Origin: Macrostomum lignano
Taxonomy: Eukaryota
DNA length: 64,000 nucleotides
Direction of reading: 5' to 3'
Assembly: GCA_002269645.1 (NCBI GenBank)
Contig: NIVC01003113.1
Location: 54,774-118,773 of the forward strand
Numbering within the stretch: the first letter of the stretch is position 1; every line of letters starts with the position of its first letter. The notes under the pieces are model-generated. The model did no database searches. It was not told where the DNA came from and saw nothing but the letters and a program-made list of their open reading frames with translations. This document shows positions 38,032 through 64,000 of the stretch, in pieces. Made by a program: the position numbers and the translations under genes.

Positions 38032-41000
38032 TCAAGTTATCTGTCCCAGCAGCAGACTGTCGGCAGCTTCGTCGGGCATAGCAAACCAGCGCATTCGAGT
38101 CTCCAACTGCTGGCTGAGGCCGCTGTTGTCAAGCGGGTTCGCAGCTTTGGCTTTGCCGTCTTGTAGTCGCTGTTGGTAAATTAGCATTCAGATATGAGGC
38201 CAGTACACCACTTATTTAGATGCATGATGAGATTGTTAATCTACTCAAACACGACTTACCTTTCTAATACGATTTGAAGCAGACTGAAGTGCATTGGCAG
38301 CCGACTTTGCAATGCACTACATTAATAGAAATACAATTGCTTTGAATCCCATAAATCGCTACGATAAATGATCCAGGTTTGTGGCTTAAAAACAGGGGCG
38401 TCGCTACCGGGGGGACAGGGGGGCATGTCCCCCCCCCAGTAAGAGCCTATAGGGGGACATGCCAATGCTTTGTCCCCCCCCCACCCTACCTTGTTGACCC
38501 GTTATGGAAATCAATAATTTTGCTTCAGGGCGACAAAACATAGCGCCTGCGGCGCTAACATGAGTGCCTTCGGCGCTAAAATGAGTGCCTTCAGCGCTAA
38601 AATGAGTGCCTTCAGCGCTAAAATGAGTGCCTGCGGCGCTAACATGAGTGCCTGCGGCGCTAAAATGAGTGCCTGCGGCGCTAACATGAGTGCCTGCGGC
38701 GCTAACATGAGTGCCTTCGGCGCTAAAATGAGTGCCTTCGGCGCTAAAATGAGTGCCTTCGGCGCTAAAATGAGTGCCTGCGGCGCTAACATGAGTGCCT
38801 GCGGCGCTAAAATGAGTGCCTGCGGCGCTAACATGAGTGCCTGCGGCGCTAACATGAGTGCCTTCGGCGCTAACATGAATGCCTGCGGCGCTAAAATGAG
38901 TACCTGCGGCGCTAACATGAATGCCTGCGGCGCTAACATGAGTGCCTGCGGCGCTAACATGAATGCCTGCGGCGCTAACATGAGTACCTGCGGCGCTAAC
39001 ATGAATGCCTGCGGCGCTAAAATGAGTGCCTGCGGCGCTAACATGAGTGCCTGCGGCGCTAAAATGAGTGCCTGCGGCGCTAAAATGAGTGCCTGCGGCG
39101 CTAAAATGAGTGCCTGCGGCGCTAAAATGAGTGCCTGCGGCGCTAACATGAGTGCCTGCAGCGCTAAAATGAGTGCCTGCGGCGCTAAAATGAGTACCTG
39201 CAGCACTAACATGAATGCCTGCGGCGCTAACATGAGTGCCTGCGGCGCTAACATGAGTGCCTGCGGCGCTAAAATGATCGATGACAACACCGATTAGGAA
39301 TTTAGTCATGTACATGTAAAATCCTCGGCTTTGTCCCCCACCACCATAAAATCCTACATAAAAATGGTGAATTCGTACCTGCAGGCTGACCGGCTGCTGT
39401 TCCAAGTAGCTCATCCTGCTGACCGGCCGGTCCAGACGGAAATCTTTCAGGCTGGCAATTTGACTGGCATAGTCGGTGTGCCGCCAGGCCCCCGTGTGCG
39501 GGTTGCAGGTGTACTGAGAAACGGAGAGGGTTGAGTTGTCCTCTTGGAAGTTGTTGAAGACCGCAATTGATCAAAAACAATTGGATCCACAGAATAACAC
39601 AGAATGCCAAATCGAGCGATTTCCATGAAGCCGAATTAAAATTCGTGTGCACTACTCTTGTTGTGATAACTATGGCCAGTAGTATAAATTAGCGAAGAAT
39701 AATTTAGCAAAGATTTCAATTCTTGCACCGATTTTTAAACAAAAATGCTCGAATCGGCATTCTGTGTATATTCTGTGATTGGATCTATATGTTTGAAAAA
39801 ACGGGAAAATATAATTGCGGACTCAAAATCGATTTCATCGGGTTCTACCATAGACAGCACCCTAAAAATAGCATAAAAGATAGGAGCTTCTCTGGCTTCC
39901 CAGTCTTTAGTGGCATTTCTAACAAAGTCAGCTTACTAAACATGTGAACAAACCGTCACCTCGGGCAGCAGTTTCCAGCCGTGCTGGCTGATCATGTCGA
40001 TAGCGTGAAACAAAAACGCGACCATCTCGTTCGTGTAAAAGTACGGCAGGTTGACCCGCACAAAGCCGGGTCTGAAAAAAGTTTCAACACACAACCAAGC
40101 TTAGGTTGAACGATTGAAGTTGAGAAATGCAAATTGAGGCTCACTTCAGTATTTCCAATTCTTCAGGTATGGAGGCGCTGGAAAAAAGAGGAAATTTATT
40201 ATTGATTAGCCTGACGAGTCTTCAGGCTTTGTGATGTTCTCTAGGACTCACCGATCTAACTCAAGCCAGAGGTAGGCAAACTCCGACCCGTGGGCCATCT
40301 CTTCTCTCCCTTCTCTCCTCTCCCTTCTCTCCTCTCCCTTCTCTCCTCTCCCTTCTCTCCTCTCCCTTCTCTCCTCTCCCTTCTCTCCTCTCCCTTCTCT
40401 CCTCTCCCATCTCGCCCCTCCCTTCTCTCCTCTCCCTTCTCTCCTCTCCCTTCTCTCCGCTCCCTTCTCTCCTCTTCCTTCTCTCCTCTCCCTTCTCTCC
40501 GCTCCCTTCTCTCCTCTTCCTTCTCTCCTCTCCCTTCTCTCCTCGCCCTTCTCTCCCCTCCCTTCTCTCCCCTCCCTTCTCTCCCCTCCCTTCTCTCCTC
40601 TCCCTTCTCTCCCCTCCCTTCTCTCCCGTCCCTTCTCCCCTCTCCCTTCTCTCCTCTCCCTTCTCTCCTCTCCCTTCTCTCCTCTCCCTTCTCTCCTCTC
40701 CCTTCGCTCCTCTCCCTTCTCTCCTCTCTCGTATCTCCTTCCTTCTCCTCTCTTCTCCTCTATCCCATCTCCTCTCTCCCGTTCTCTAGCCTGCAACTAG
40801 ATTCTCCACTTGGCCCTTGAGGTAAAAAGGTTTGCCAACCCCTGACTCAAGCAATCGATAAAGACAACGGGTTGGCCTCTCCCGAAGAGACATTGCTCAG
40901 CTCTTACCTATCATTTTCCCGGCACATCTCCTTCATCTTCGGATAGTTATCTATGCAGTACTTCAGCCTAAAGTTCAATTGTGTCATTTTGTATGAGCAG

Positions 41001-43446
41001 CATGTCTTGAAGGATTGAAAGCAAAATGAAGTCACCTACCTGTTGATTCCATCCGCCAGGTAGGGAAACCGATTTTGAGTTTGTTGGTCGAATTCTAATA
41101 GATCCTGAGAGATTCAAGCAAGGTAATAGTCATATCACTCTATGCTACACTCCAATGCTTTAAATTTTTCACGTAGTACAAAAAAACAAATTTTGCATTA
41201 AAAAAAGAAAAAAAATTCGCACGCCCAGCCGCGACGCGACGCAATTGCATTGGAATTTCTGCTGGCTATTTTTAGCTAGGAATTATGCAGCCATATTCGA
41301 GTGCATTGATCCTGGCGTCAAGTGTGCCAGTCAATTAGTCATAGATCCGTAAAAATCGGCTCTATTAAATACGATACGGTAACTTTGAAAAGAGAAACTT
41401 TCTGCATCCAAGTCTTTCTAAGTCGTGTCTTCTAGTTGGGAAATTTCTATTCAGCTTCAGAGCGAAACCGTGTTACAGGTCGAACTTATGGTGAATTGTG
41501 ACAGCGACGTGAATACAGAGTCTTTCTCAGTATAAATATGGGCTTGAATTTATGGTGAAGTGAGTCATTGCTTAGCATGCTAAATCGAATGCCAGGAGGC
41601 ATCTTACCGAAGCGTACGGCCCAGCGCAGGCGCAGCCGGCCCTGCTCTGCACACCGTACAGGTCGTTGAGCAGAATGGCCACAAAGTTGTGGTGCAGAAA
41701 CAGCCCGGTCTCCCGGTTCACCACCAGGAAGGAGAAGATTGGCAGGCGTGGCTGTTGCCGGTTGCCAAGTAGCAGCACGGACTCCATGTCCGGCAGAATC
41801 TGCCAGGCCCAGCGGAGCAGCTCAGCCTCTCGGTTCTCAATGACCCGGTCTCCGATGGTGCGCTTAACCCGGAACACCAGGCCGCAGCGGATGCAATCGA
41901 CAATTGCCGGGGTGCCGCCCTCTTCGCGCGTCTCAACGTCCGCCTCGTACTGGTGCGAGTCGCGCGTGACGAAATCCACGGTGCCGCCGCCAGGCCGGTG
42001 CGGCACCCTGTTGGCGAAAAGGTGCCGCTTGGCCACCAGAACGCCTGGCGTGCCCGGCCCGCCGACGAATTTATGCGGCGACAAGAGCAACGCGTCGAAC
42101 GCGCCCGACTTGGCGCCGCGAGGGTTCATGTCCACCGACACGTAGGGCCCGGCACAGGCGTAGTCCCACACCGCGATGGCTCCGTAGGCGTGCAGCATGG
42201 CTGTCACAGAGGCGGTGTCGGTCACCGTTCCGGTGACATTGCTGGCGGCTGAGAAAGCTCCAATAAGCAGCAGTTTCTGCTTCTCGCCCGACCGTAATTG
42301 CTTCAGAGTCGCTTCTAACGCCGCCATGTCGACGCCACCAGCTGAATCCAGCGGCGTTCTAGTGCAGACGTCGGCCAGCTCCCGCCAAGGCAACAGGTTC
42401 GAGTGGTGCTCGAAAGGCCCGTGCACTACTGCAAGTTTCTCTCCTCGGCGGCGACGCTCCTGAAGCTCCAGGACTCCAATCAGCGTTTGCACAGCGCCAG
42501 TAGCACCGCTACCGGTGAAGATAAGTGCATCGTCTGGCCCAGCGTTGACGCATTTTTTGATCAAGCGTCTCGCCTCCTCCCTGTAGGCGTTGCTTTGAAG
42601 AGCGACCAGCGACCCACTACTGTGCGTGTTGCCGTACCTCGGTAGCACCGAGCTCTGGATGAAGTCTTCGATACAGCGGAGGCTCCTAAATGAGAGGCGA
42701 TAGCAAATCTATCTTAGTTACTGACAAGATACACATTTTAGTTTAATATTTCCACCAGTTTTTACTGTTCTCACCTGCCGGAGGCCACGTAATCGAAATA
42801 TAGAACTGAAATGCAATGAAATTCTATAGAGTTCAGACAGTGATCCACTGCCAGGCTGAGATTGTCATCGACCTCGACTTCACAAAACACCCCACATCGA
42901 GGTAACGTCACTAAACTCCCAAATCGAGGTGATGTCACTAAACTCCCCACACTGAGGTGATGTCCCTAAACACCCTACATCGAGGTGATGTGACTAAACA
43001 CCCCACACTGAGGTGATGTCACTAAACTCCCCAATCGAGGTGATGTCACTAAACTCCCCACACTGAGGTGATGTCCCTAAACACCCTACATTGAGGTGAT
43101 ATGACTAAACACCCCACACTGAGGTGATGTCACAACTCCCCAATCGAGGTGATGTCACTAAACTCCCCAATCGAGGTGATGTCACTAAACTCCCCACATC
43201 GAGGTGACGTCACTAAACACTGGTTTTCCGTCAGTTACTCAACACTTAGCTAGACTTATTCACTTCATATACTCACGTTTTCGCAAGCCAAACGGTCCAA
43301 CAAACACAGAGTCTCCGCCGATGACATTCTCGAGGAGAAAATCGAATTTTTTGCGCGCAGTTTTGTCAGCCAGTCGCCATTCCTCGCTAACAGTCTGCAT
43401 GTGTCGTGACAGCCAGGCAAGTATAACGTGGCTAGTATTGCAATAC
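38032..43446 (-). CDS. Class-V PLP-dependent cysteine desulfurase-like protein (multi-exon)
   Basis: Phase-consistent exons ~43446-43277, 42805-42775, 42685-41608, 41104-41040, 40967-40908, 40071-39960, 39513-39379 and 38169-38032. Motifs GPFGLRKLLYFDYVASGRSL, YGNTH, FTGSGATGA, EHHSN, SPHKF (PLP Lys), RAGCACAGPY (Cys), RPGFVRVNL and RWFAMPDEA. The 5' end is uncertain; ORF 43446-43916 may be an upstream exon. Confidence 0.9.
38395..39350 (+). repeat. Second member of the 14035 repeat family, with a 21-bp array, in the last desulfurase intron
   Basis: Starts caggggcgtcgc; (ATGAGTGCCTGCGGCGCTAAA)n at ~38545-39275; shared tail; the ggattttatggtgg..gggacaaa motif is present but inverted. Confidence 0.85.
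40298..40790. repeat. 14-bp polypyrimidine minisatellite (TCCCTTCTCTCCTC)n, intronic
   Basis: Directly visible. Confidence 0.95.
42880..43220. repeat. ~28-bp minisatellite (GAGGTGATGTCACTAAACTCCCC...), intronic
   Basis: About 11 variant units. Confidence 0.9.
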
Positions 43447-44166
43447 TAAAATCTGAAGCTAATAATTAATTTACTCGCCTCAAGTAGATCGAGATAAGGC
43501 CGAATGTGCACCGAAACTTCAATCCGCTGCTCTGGCAGCCGGACATCATTAATCCCAGACTCACTGGCAGGCTTTGAGACCACCAGCTTCTCTACTGGCG
43601 CTGCATCTATTGCGGGCAAATGCAGCTTTTGCTGCTGCTGCTTTTGTTGAGCAGCTCGCTTTGGTTGCTGGGCCAAGGGTGGAAGCTTCTCGGAGTCCTT
43701 GGACACCAGAGAAGCTTGGGAGCTGACGTCGGCATTCTTCGGCTTCCACCGCTGTTGCTGCTGTTGTTTTGTCGAGAACACCGGAGCCCGATTTTTAGCT
43801 GCGGTCTTGAGCTTGCCCAGCATAGTTTGACTGGGGACTTCAGCTGACTGCGCTCTGTTGTTTTGTTGTCCTTGAAATTGAACTGGGCGTGTCAGTTCAC
43901 GGGAGTAGAGAGGCAAGGCTATTATATAAGCTCTCTACATGCGATACTCATGGCAACGGGTAAGTCTGCGCAGTTACGACAAACTGCATAAATAAATTTC
44001 TGCGTCACAAACATCCGTGGGGGAGTATCGTTTATCATCCTGCATAGCAGCTCCAACTCTATATTTGGTGAATTTTTTGCGCAAGTATGGCTAGCTCAGA
44101 TACTCTAAGAATAATTATTTCCATTTTTAGGTCCATGTCCGAAGGTCACTACAGTACTGATGATAC

Positions 44167-45001
<835 letters not shown>

Positions 45002-46441
45002 GATATCCTTCGCTTTCTCTCGAATGAGTTGTTGTTGCACTACGAGCGTATCAACGCTAATAACACTACTAGCGACAAGTAGCATAAATTTATTAGTTCG
45101 GCAGTTGTTCTAAATGAGTTTTATATTTCTCCTTGATTTTTCGGACGAATCTTACGAAACAGATTGTTATCTTGATGTCTTTCGATCATAAAAAGGAGGT
45201 TATTGCATTCTTTACTCGAATATACGAATGGGAGGAAGGGACTGTTGCAGAGGCTATCTCCTTGTGTTCTGGACTGTCTCCTCGTGATTGACAGTTTATT
45301 TGAAATACATTTACGAGCTCGTACTAATTATTAACCCCATCATTTAGCAAATCAAGGATGGATGTCAAGCACGCCAGTTTGTTTGAAGCGAAGCCTAATG
45401 TGCAGTTAATGAATGAGGGACAATATATGCCAGCTGGAGTCTGTCAACATTGTGCAAATATTTTGAGCACCTGGGGCAGGGCAGGGCAAGAGAGAGATGG
45501 AGAGTCATCTTTGAACTCAAAAAAAGCGCGAATCTCTTTAACAGTAGTATAGAGAAAGCATTCTTGCCGCCCTAGCGACCAGATACGAGCTGATATGGTT
45601 TGGAATCGAATGAGACTTAGATAGGGCTGACCCCCCCCCCCGCGTGCAGGACTGCGCAGTGTCAAAAGGCGCATTTCGATGTTTGGTAGCTGCAAAATTA
45701 AGCAGAGAGAGAGAGAGAGAGAGGGGGTGAAGGGAATTAACTCGGTGCTAAAGGACCCAGAAGCCCTATCACTCATTTTCCAGTCTTACTAAGTTTCTGA
45801 GTGCTAAGGAAGGCTTGTACCTCTCGCTCTCCCTACCCTACCCCTCCCTCTCTCCCTACTGCGCACCGCCCTGCCATGGCAGTCCGTTAGAGCTTCCTCT
45901 TCCACCTGAGCAGCCAGATGCTTTGCACAATTAACCCCTTGCACCCCCTCAGATCCACCCTAGCAGCAATGCCACTAGGCTATTGCCAGTCTCTTTGCTT
46001 TAACTTGAGAGCCAAAGCTTGAAGAGACGAGAAAGAAGAAAATAGGAGTTGGGGTTGAGCGAACACCGCTGGCCCGAGTAAGTTTCGGCGGCACCGGAGG
46101 GCTGAGAAAAAGACAACAGAACAGAATTATATATTCGAGCGTTATTAAATTTACGTTGAGATAGAGAGAGACTCTAATAAGCACCAGCAGTTTTGCTTCC
46201 TTTGCCATATCAATTGCACTGGTACGTAAGAGCGCTGGGTCTACCTGTTTAACTTCTTGCTACAGTTGCTAATCATATCGATCGATCGGGACAGGGTTCG
46301 AGATCCCTCTTGGTTCGCTTGCGGAGGTTGCCAGAGTTCAGCTGCGGTCCGAGCCGTAGTTGTTGAGAACAGGCACTCTGACTTACTTTCGTTAAACTTA
46401 GACTCTCCCAAATCTTTCATCTCAGCAGGCCCAAGTCCAAC

Positions 46442-60484
<14,043 letters not shown>

Positions 60485-60937
60485 TTATCTCTGCTGCCAC
60501 CTTGCCCAACTTTTACCTATATATACATGTTAATACGAACACCTACGAAGGCATGCAATATACGCACATTATTACCTGAAGTAGGCTATGGTGGGGTGTT
60601 TTCCTTTGAAAAGGATCTTTATTAACTTATTGTCGATAACCACTGCACCAGTTATTGTATGAATAGCATCACAATGATTTTTTTAATATGCCTGTCAATA
60701 AGGACATTGTATAGAGCATGCGCCATGTATTATAGTGCACTAAATATTTCCTCAAAATTTTGCTTTCATTCCCGACTTGCTATAGAATTGTCGAGACTGA
60801 TTGTCTGCTTGAGTTCTTCCTGAAGCTCTTATTGCGTTCGATAGGAACAGAAGCCATTTGGCTTGTGGGGCTGCAGGCAAGAGAAAACGAGTGTCGTAGA
60901 TTGGACCTCTATATGATAAATATCCTAGTAAGCCGAA

Positions 60938-61294
60938 GGCCGCAGCCCAGTGGTCCAGCGAGGCGCTCTGATGCGCCAGCGGCCCAGGCTCGATTCCAAG
61001 TGCAGTCACATTAATTTGGGGCTGAATTGGAATCTCGGCTTGGCTCTGCTCGTGCAATTAACGGCCTTGAGGGCCAACCCCCCAAGGCGCAGTGAAGTGT
61101 ACATGCCTAACGATAAATAAAGTCAGGGCCGCTGTACACTCCTGTGTGAGTGTGTGCCTGCGTACGTATCCGCGCGCTTGTATGCCTGCTCAGGGGAGTC
61201 GGCGGAATGGGCAGCCATGTCTCTCACTGGTTGTGTGACAATGTCGCTTAAAGTGCGTCAGGGTGCACATAGTCCCCTGACTCTAACTAAAAAA
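60938..61294 (+). mobile_element. tRNA-derived SINE, near full length
   Basis: A-box cagcccagtggt, B-box ggctcgattcc, A-rich 3' end; same family as 21005, 36713 and 46949. Confidence 0.88.
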
Positions 61295-63305
61295 CTTAAT
61301 ATCCTACGTGTAATCTTGCATGTAGCTTGAGGAGGTAGGAGTAGGGCTTGCTGTAAAAATTCAGTGAGGATTAAATCGGAAGATTTTTTATCAGCTCGAA
61401 ACTTAACAAGCTCGAAATTTTTCTTAAATAATTCTTGTTTCGGTGATGCGAATTTTCAATCTTGTTTAAGTCTCGAGCTTATAAGAAATCTTTGACGAGT
61501 GTGCCAAATCATGGCAGCCAAATATCATCTAATAGCAAATATCTAATGCAGTGTAAATATAACTCCCTTGGCAGCAACGCGTCCCCGTCTCGGACCGGAA
61601 TTCTGAAGTCGCCGACGCCGCGCTCGCACAGCCCATCTGCCGGCCGATACGATTAGGACTGCTGAGCCGAGCTGTCGCTCAAAATCTGACTTGAGCAGCC
61701 CGAGAGCCGGCCGAGCGCGATAAGAATTATAAGAATTAAGAACTGATCATTTTTCCTGTCTCAAATTCTTTGATTGCTATTTTTCTGAAACGAGTGATTT
61801 CTAATTACTTTCTGTCTCTGTGTTTCTATTCTATAGATCTGAATGGCACCTGTGCTCTGACCCGAAGACTTATTCTACTAAATTCATGCAGATGCGAGTT
61901 GACTCATTGTCAAGCAAGCTCTCAGCAGGACGTTCTATTGATACACCAAAATCTAAAGGCGTTCTTGACCACCAATTTCTATTCAATGCGTCCTCTATAG
62001 TGTGCTTGCACCGACCTGAGCACCAGCTACTATGTTAATTCTACTCTATTTAAGGCTGGAAACCTTTTACGCGGCACTTCATGCATTCATACGGGCGCGT
62101 CTTTTTTCTGCTCCTCTCTTGGCGGGTGGAAAACCTTTGTTTTACTTTGTCAATTTCATCTGAATCTGTACTATGTTTTGTTTTAAAGAGAGCTGTTAAT
62201 ATTTCGACCGGAGAAAAAGCTGGCCTGCAGCTTTTCCGAAAAAACAACTTTTTTTTGTTTATTTTCGACACTCAACACAGCTGCTGATTATAACAAAAAT
62301 CTGGCGTTATCAAAAGTGTAACGATGTTAGATTATAGTTGAAAATCCGTCCATTAATATTGTCATTTTTGTCAGCCTTTCTTTAAAGTTTTCCTATCAGA
62401 TTTCTTTTTTTTCAGTTGGCTTTATCTACGCTCGCTACTGATTTCTCTTAGCCTTTATTTACTTTGCGCACACTGTGATTACACATTAATTTTCTCAAAG
62501 CTAATTAATATTAAAGTGAATACACTAGAGTAAATTAAAACGCAAATGTATTCATATATTTATTTTTCATTCGGCACCCTTAATGGCAAAACTGATAGCT
62601 ATTTTTCATAACCATACTGGTAAATTTTAGCCTAAAAGTAATTTATATAGCTCTTCTTTTGTATAATTTTAGTAATCAAACCAAATTAGAACTGGGAATC
62701 CTGTTCAAATTTTCACCATAAGAAATACATGGCGCAGGTCGCTATAAAATCACTCTGTAATGAAAATTAAATTAATTAAATTCCGCAGTCAAAATGTTAT
62801 CGGTGTAATAACTATATATTTTGAGTACGCATTCCTGGCCAAACAGATTACAAAGCTGTCCCGCGGTTTTCGAATAAAAAAGAAAATGTTTTTTCTCTAT
62901 TCAAAATAATAAATAATTAAAAATTCTTTTTATTTTGTTAAGTAACCAAATTTAACATAGAGGTTGGGAACACAAAAAGTTTCAATTTATTAGCGGTGTT
63001 TGATTTTGTTTATTTTACTCAACAAAATAAATATTTTAATTATTTTATAAGAATAATTTACCGATCAAAGTAAACGTTAAATATACTAGTTGTGTTACAA
63101 AAGTAATGAAAAAAAGTAACGAGAGATCTGGTCAGCAAAGAACTTTTTTAGCTTCATCCAACTGCATGCAACTGTGTTTACGAAATACAAAAATCGAAAT
63201 TTTCAAACTTGAGACTTTTATATTACATTACGACGTAACACACTACACAATATTATGGAGATTATATTATAATACTACATACACAATTAGATTAACATTA
63301 TATAA

Positions 63306-63722
63306 CAGCGGAGTCCTGCAAGGAGACTGCCCCCTCTCTCCCTTCCTGTTCATCCTCATCCTGGACTGGGTGTTGCGGACATGGCTTCCGGACAACTCGG
63401 ACGGCTGCATCCTATGCTTCCCATGAGAAGCGGCTGGCTGTCCTCGGCTACACTGACGACCTCGCCCTTCTGGCATCCACTGCTGCCGATGCTCAACGCC
63501 TCCTTGACGGCCTAGCATGCTGCTGCTGCCAAGAAGACTGAAGTCCTGACTGTGCCAGCTGACCTGCCAAATGGACATTCGCCTCCTCAGCTAAGACAGC
63601 GCGATGGCAGCACCAGTACCGCTCTCCCGATGCGAGCAGTTCCGGTGCCTTAACAGTCTCGTGCCCAGCGTCCACGAGGACCTGCAGCGCCACAGAGGGC
63701 TCGCGTGGGCGGCAAGCTCCGC
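63306..63722 (+). mobile_element. 5'-truncated non-LTR retrotransposon RT fragment (RTE-like)
   Basis: SGVLQGDCPLSPFLFILILDWVLR, then after a shift LGYTDDLALLAS (YADD-type catalytic motif). Frameshifts present. Confidence 0.85.
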
Positions 63723-64000
63723 CTAGTGCGTGTCGCGCTCTTTGAGTTGGATAAAGCTCAAAATAAAGTTGTTTTCCAGATGTTATTACGCTCGTAAATG
63801 TTAAGGATTAAAATTTCAACTTCATAAGTAATACACGTAGAACGAGTAAAGCACAGTGCAGCAGTACTCTTACGAGTACGAAATATTTGTTTTTAACGAA
63901 AACCTGCGCCTTCAACGGGAATTAATATTTTTATTATCGATGCCCAACATTTACTCAAATTTAAGATTCTACAAATTCAAAAACTTCAACTGTTCCCCAA

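Noticed and set aside
36869-39414. Repetitive ORFs in the 19-bp and 21-bp arrays
   Set aside because: Array artefacts; the 38404-39414 ORF is an exon reading through its donor into the intronic array.
45974-46010. LGYCQSL resembling the CEP135 N-terminal LGYRQTL
   Set aside because: Only seven residues, followed quickly by a stop, with no supporting splice sites or further similarity.

Overview
Eukaryotic (animal) genomic DNA, not prokaryotic: spliced GC-rich exons, GT-AG introns filled with minisatellites, SINEs and transposon relics. No CRISPR array, rRNA or intact tRNA was found. The gene style and two conserved genes that lack a genomic ATG suggest a spliced-leader trans-splicing animal, possibly a flatworm such as Macrostomum; this is an inference. 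Layout: 1-2.8 kb is a nest of MULE, P/THAP and gag relics. 3.5-6.8 kb holds two tandem, diverged Crypton-like (DUF3504-type) tyrosine recombinase genes. 7-12.6 kb is a CpG-stripped repeat domain. 17.5-18.3 kb holds a three-exon RFamide neuropeptide precursor missed by the ORF track. 19.5-28.7 kb is a minus-strand operon-like run (PTS, COX14-like, RPL12, GPN3). 38-43.9 kb is a multi-exon class-V PLP cysteine-desulfurase-like gene. 46.4-60.5 kb is a CEP135-like gene whose 5' part lies between two ~0.83-kb inverted repeats. An RTE-like RT fragment lies at 63.3 kb. Several frameshifts look like single-base homopolymer deletions, so apparent pseudogenes may be assembly errors. All exon models were hand-derived and no database searches were run.
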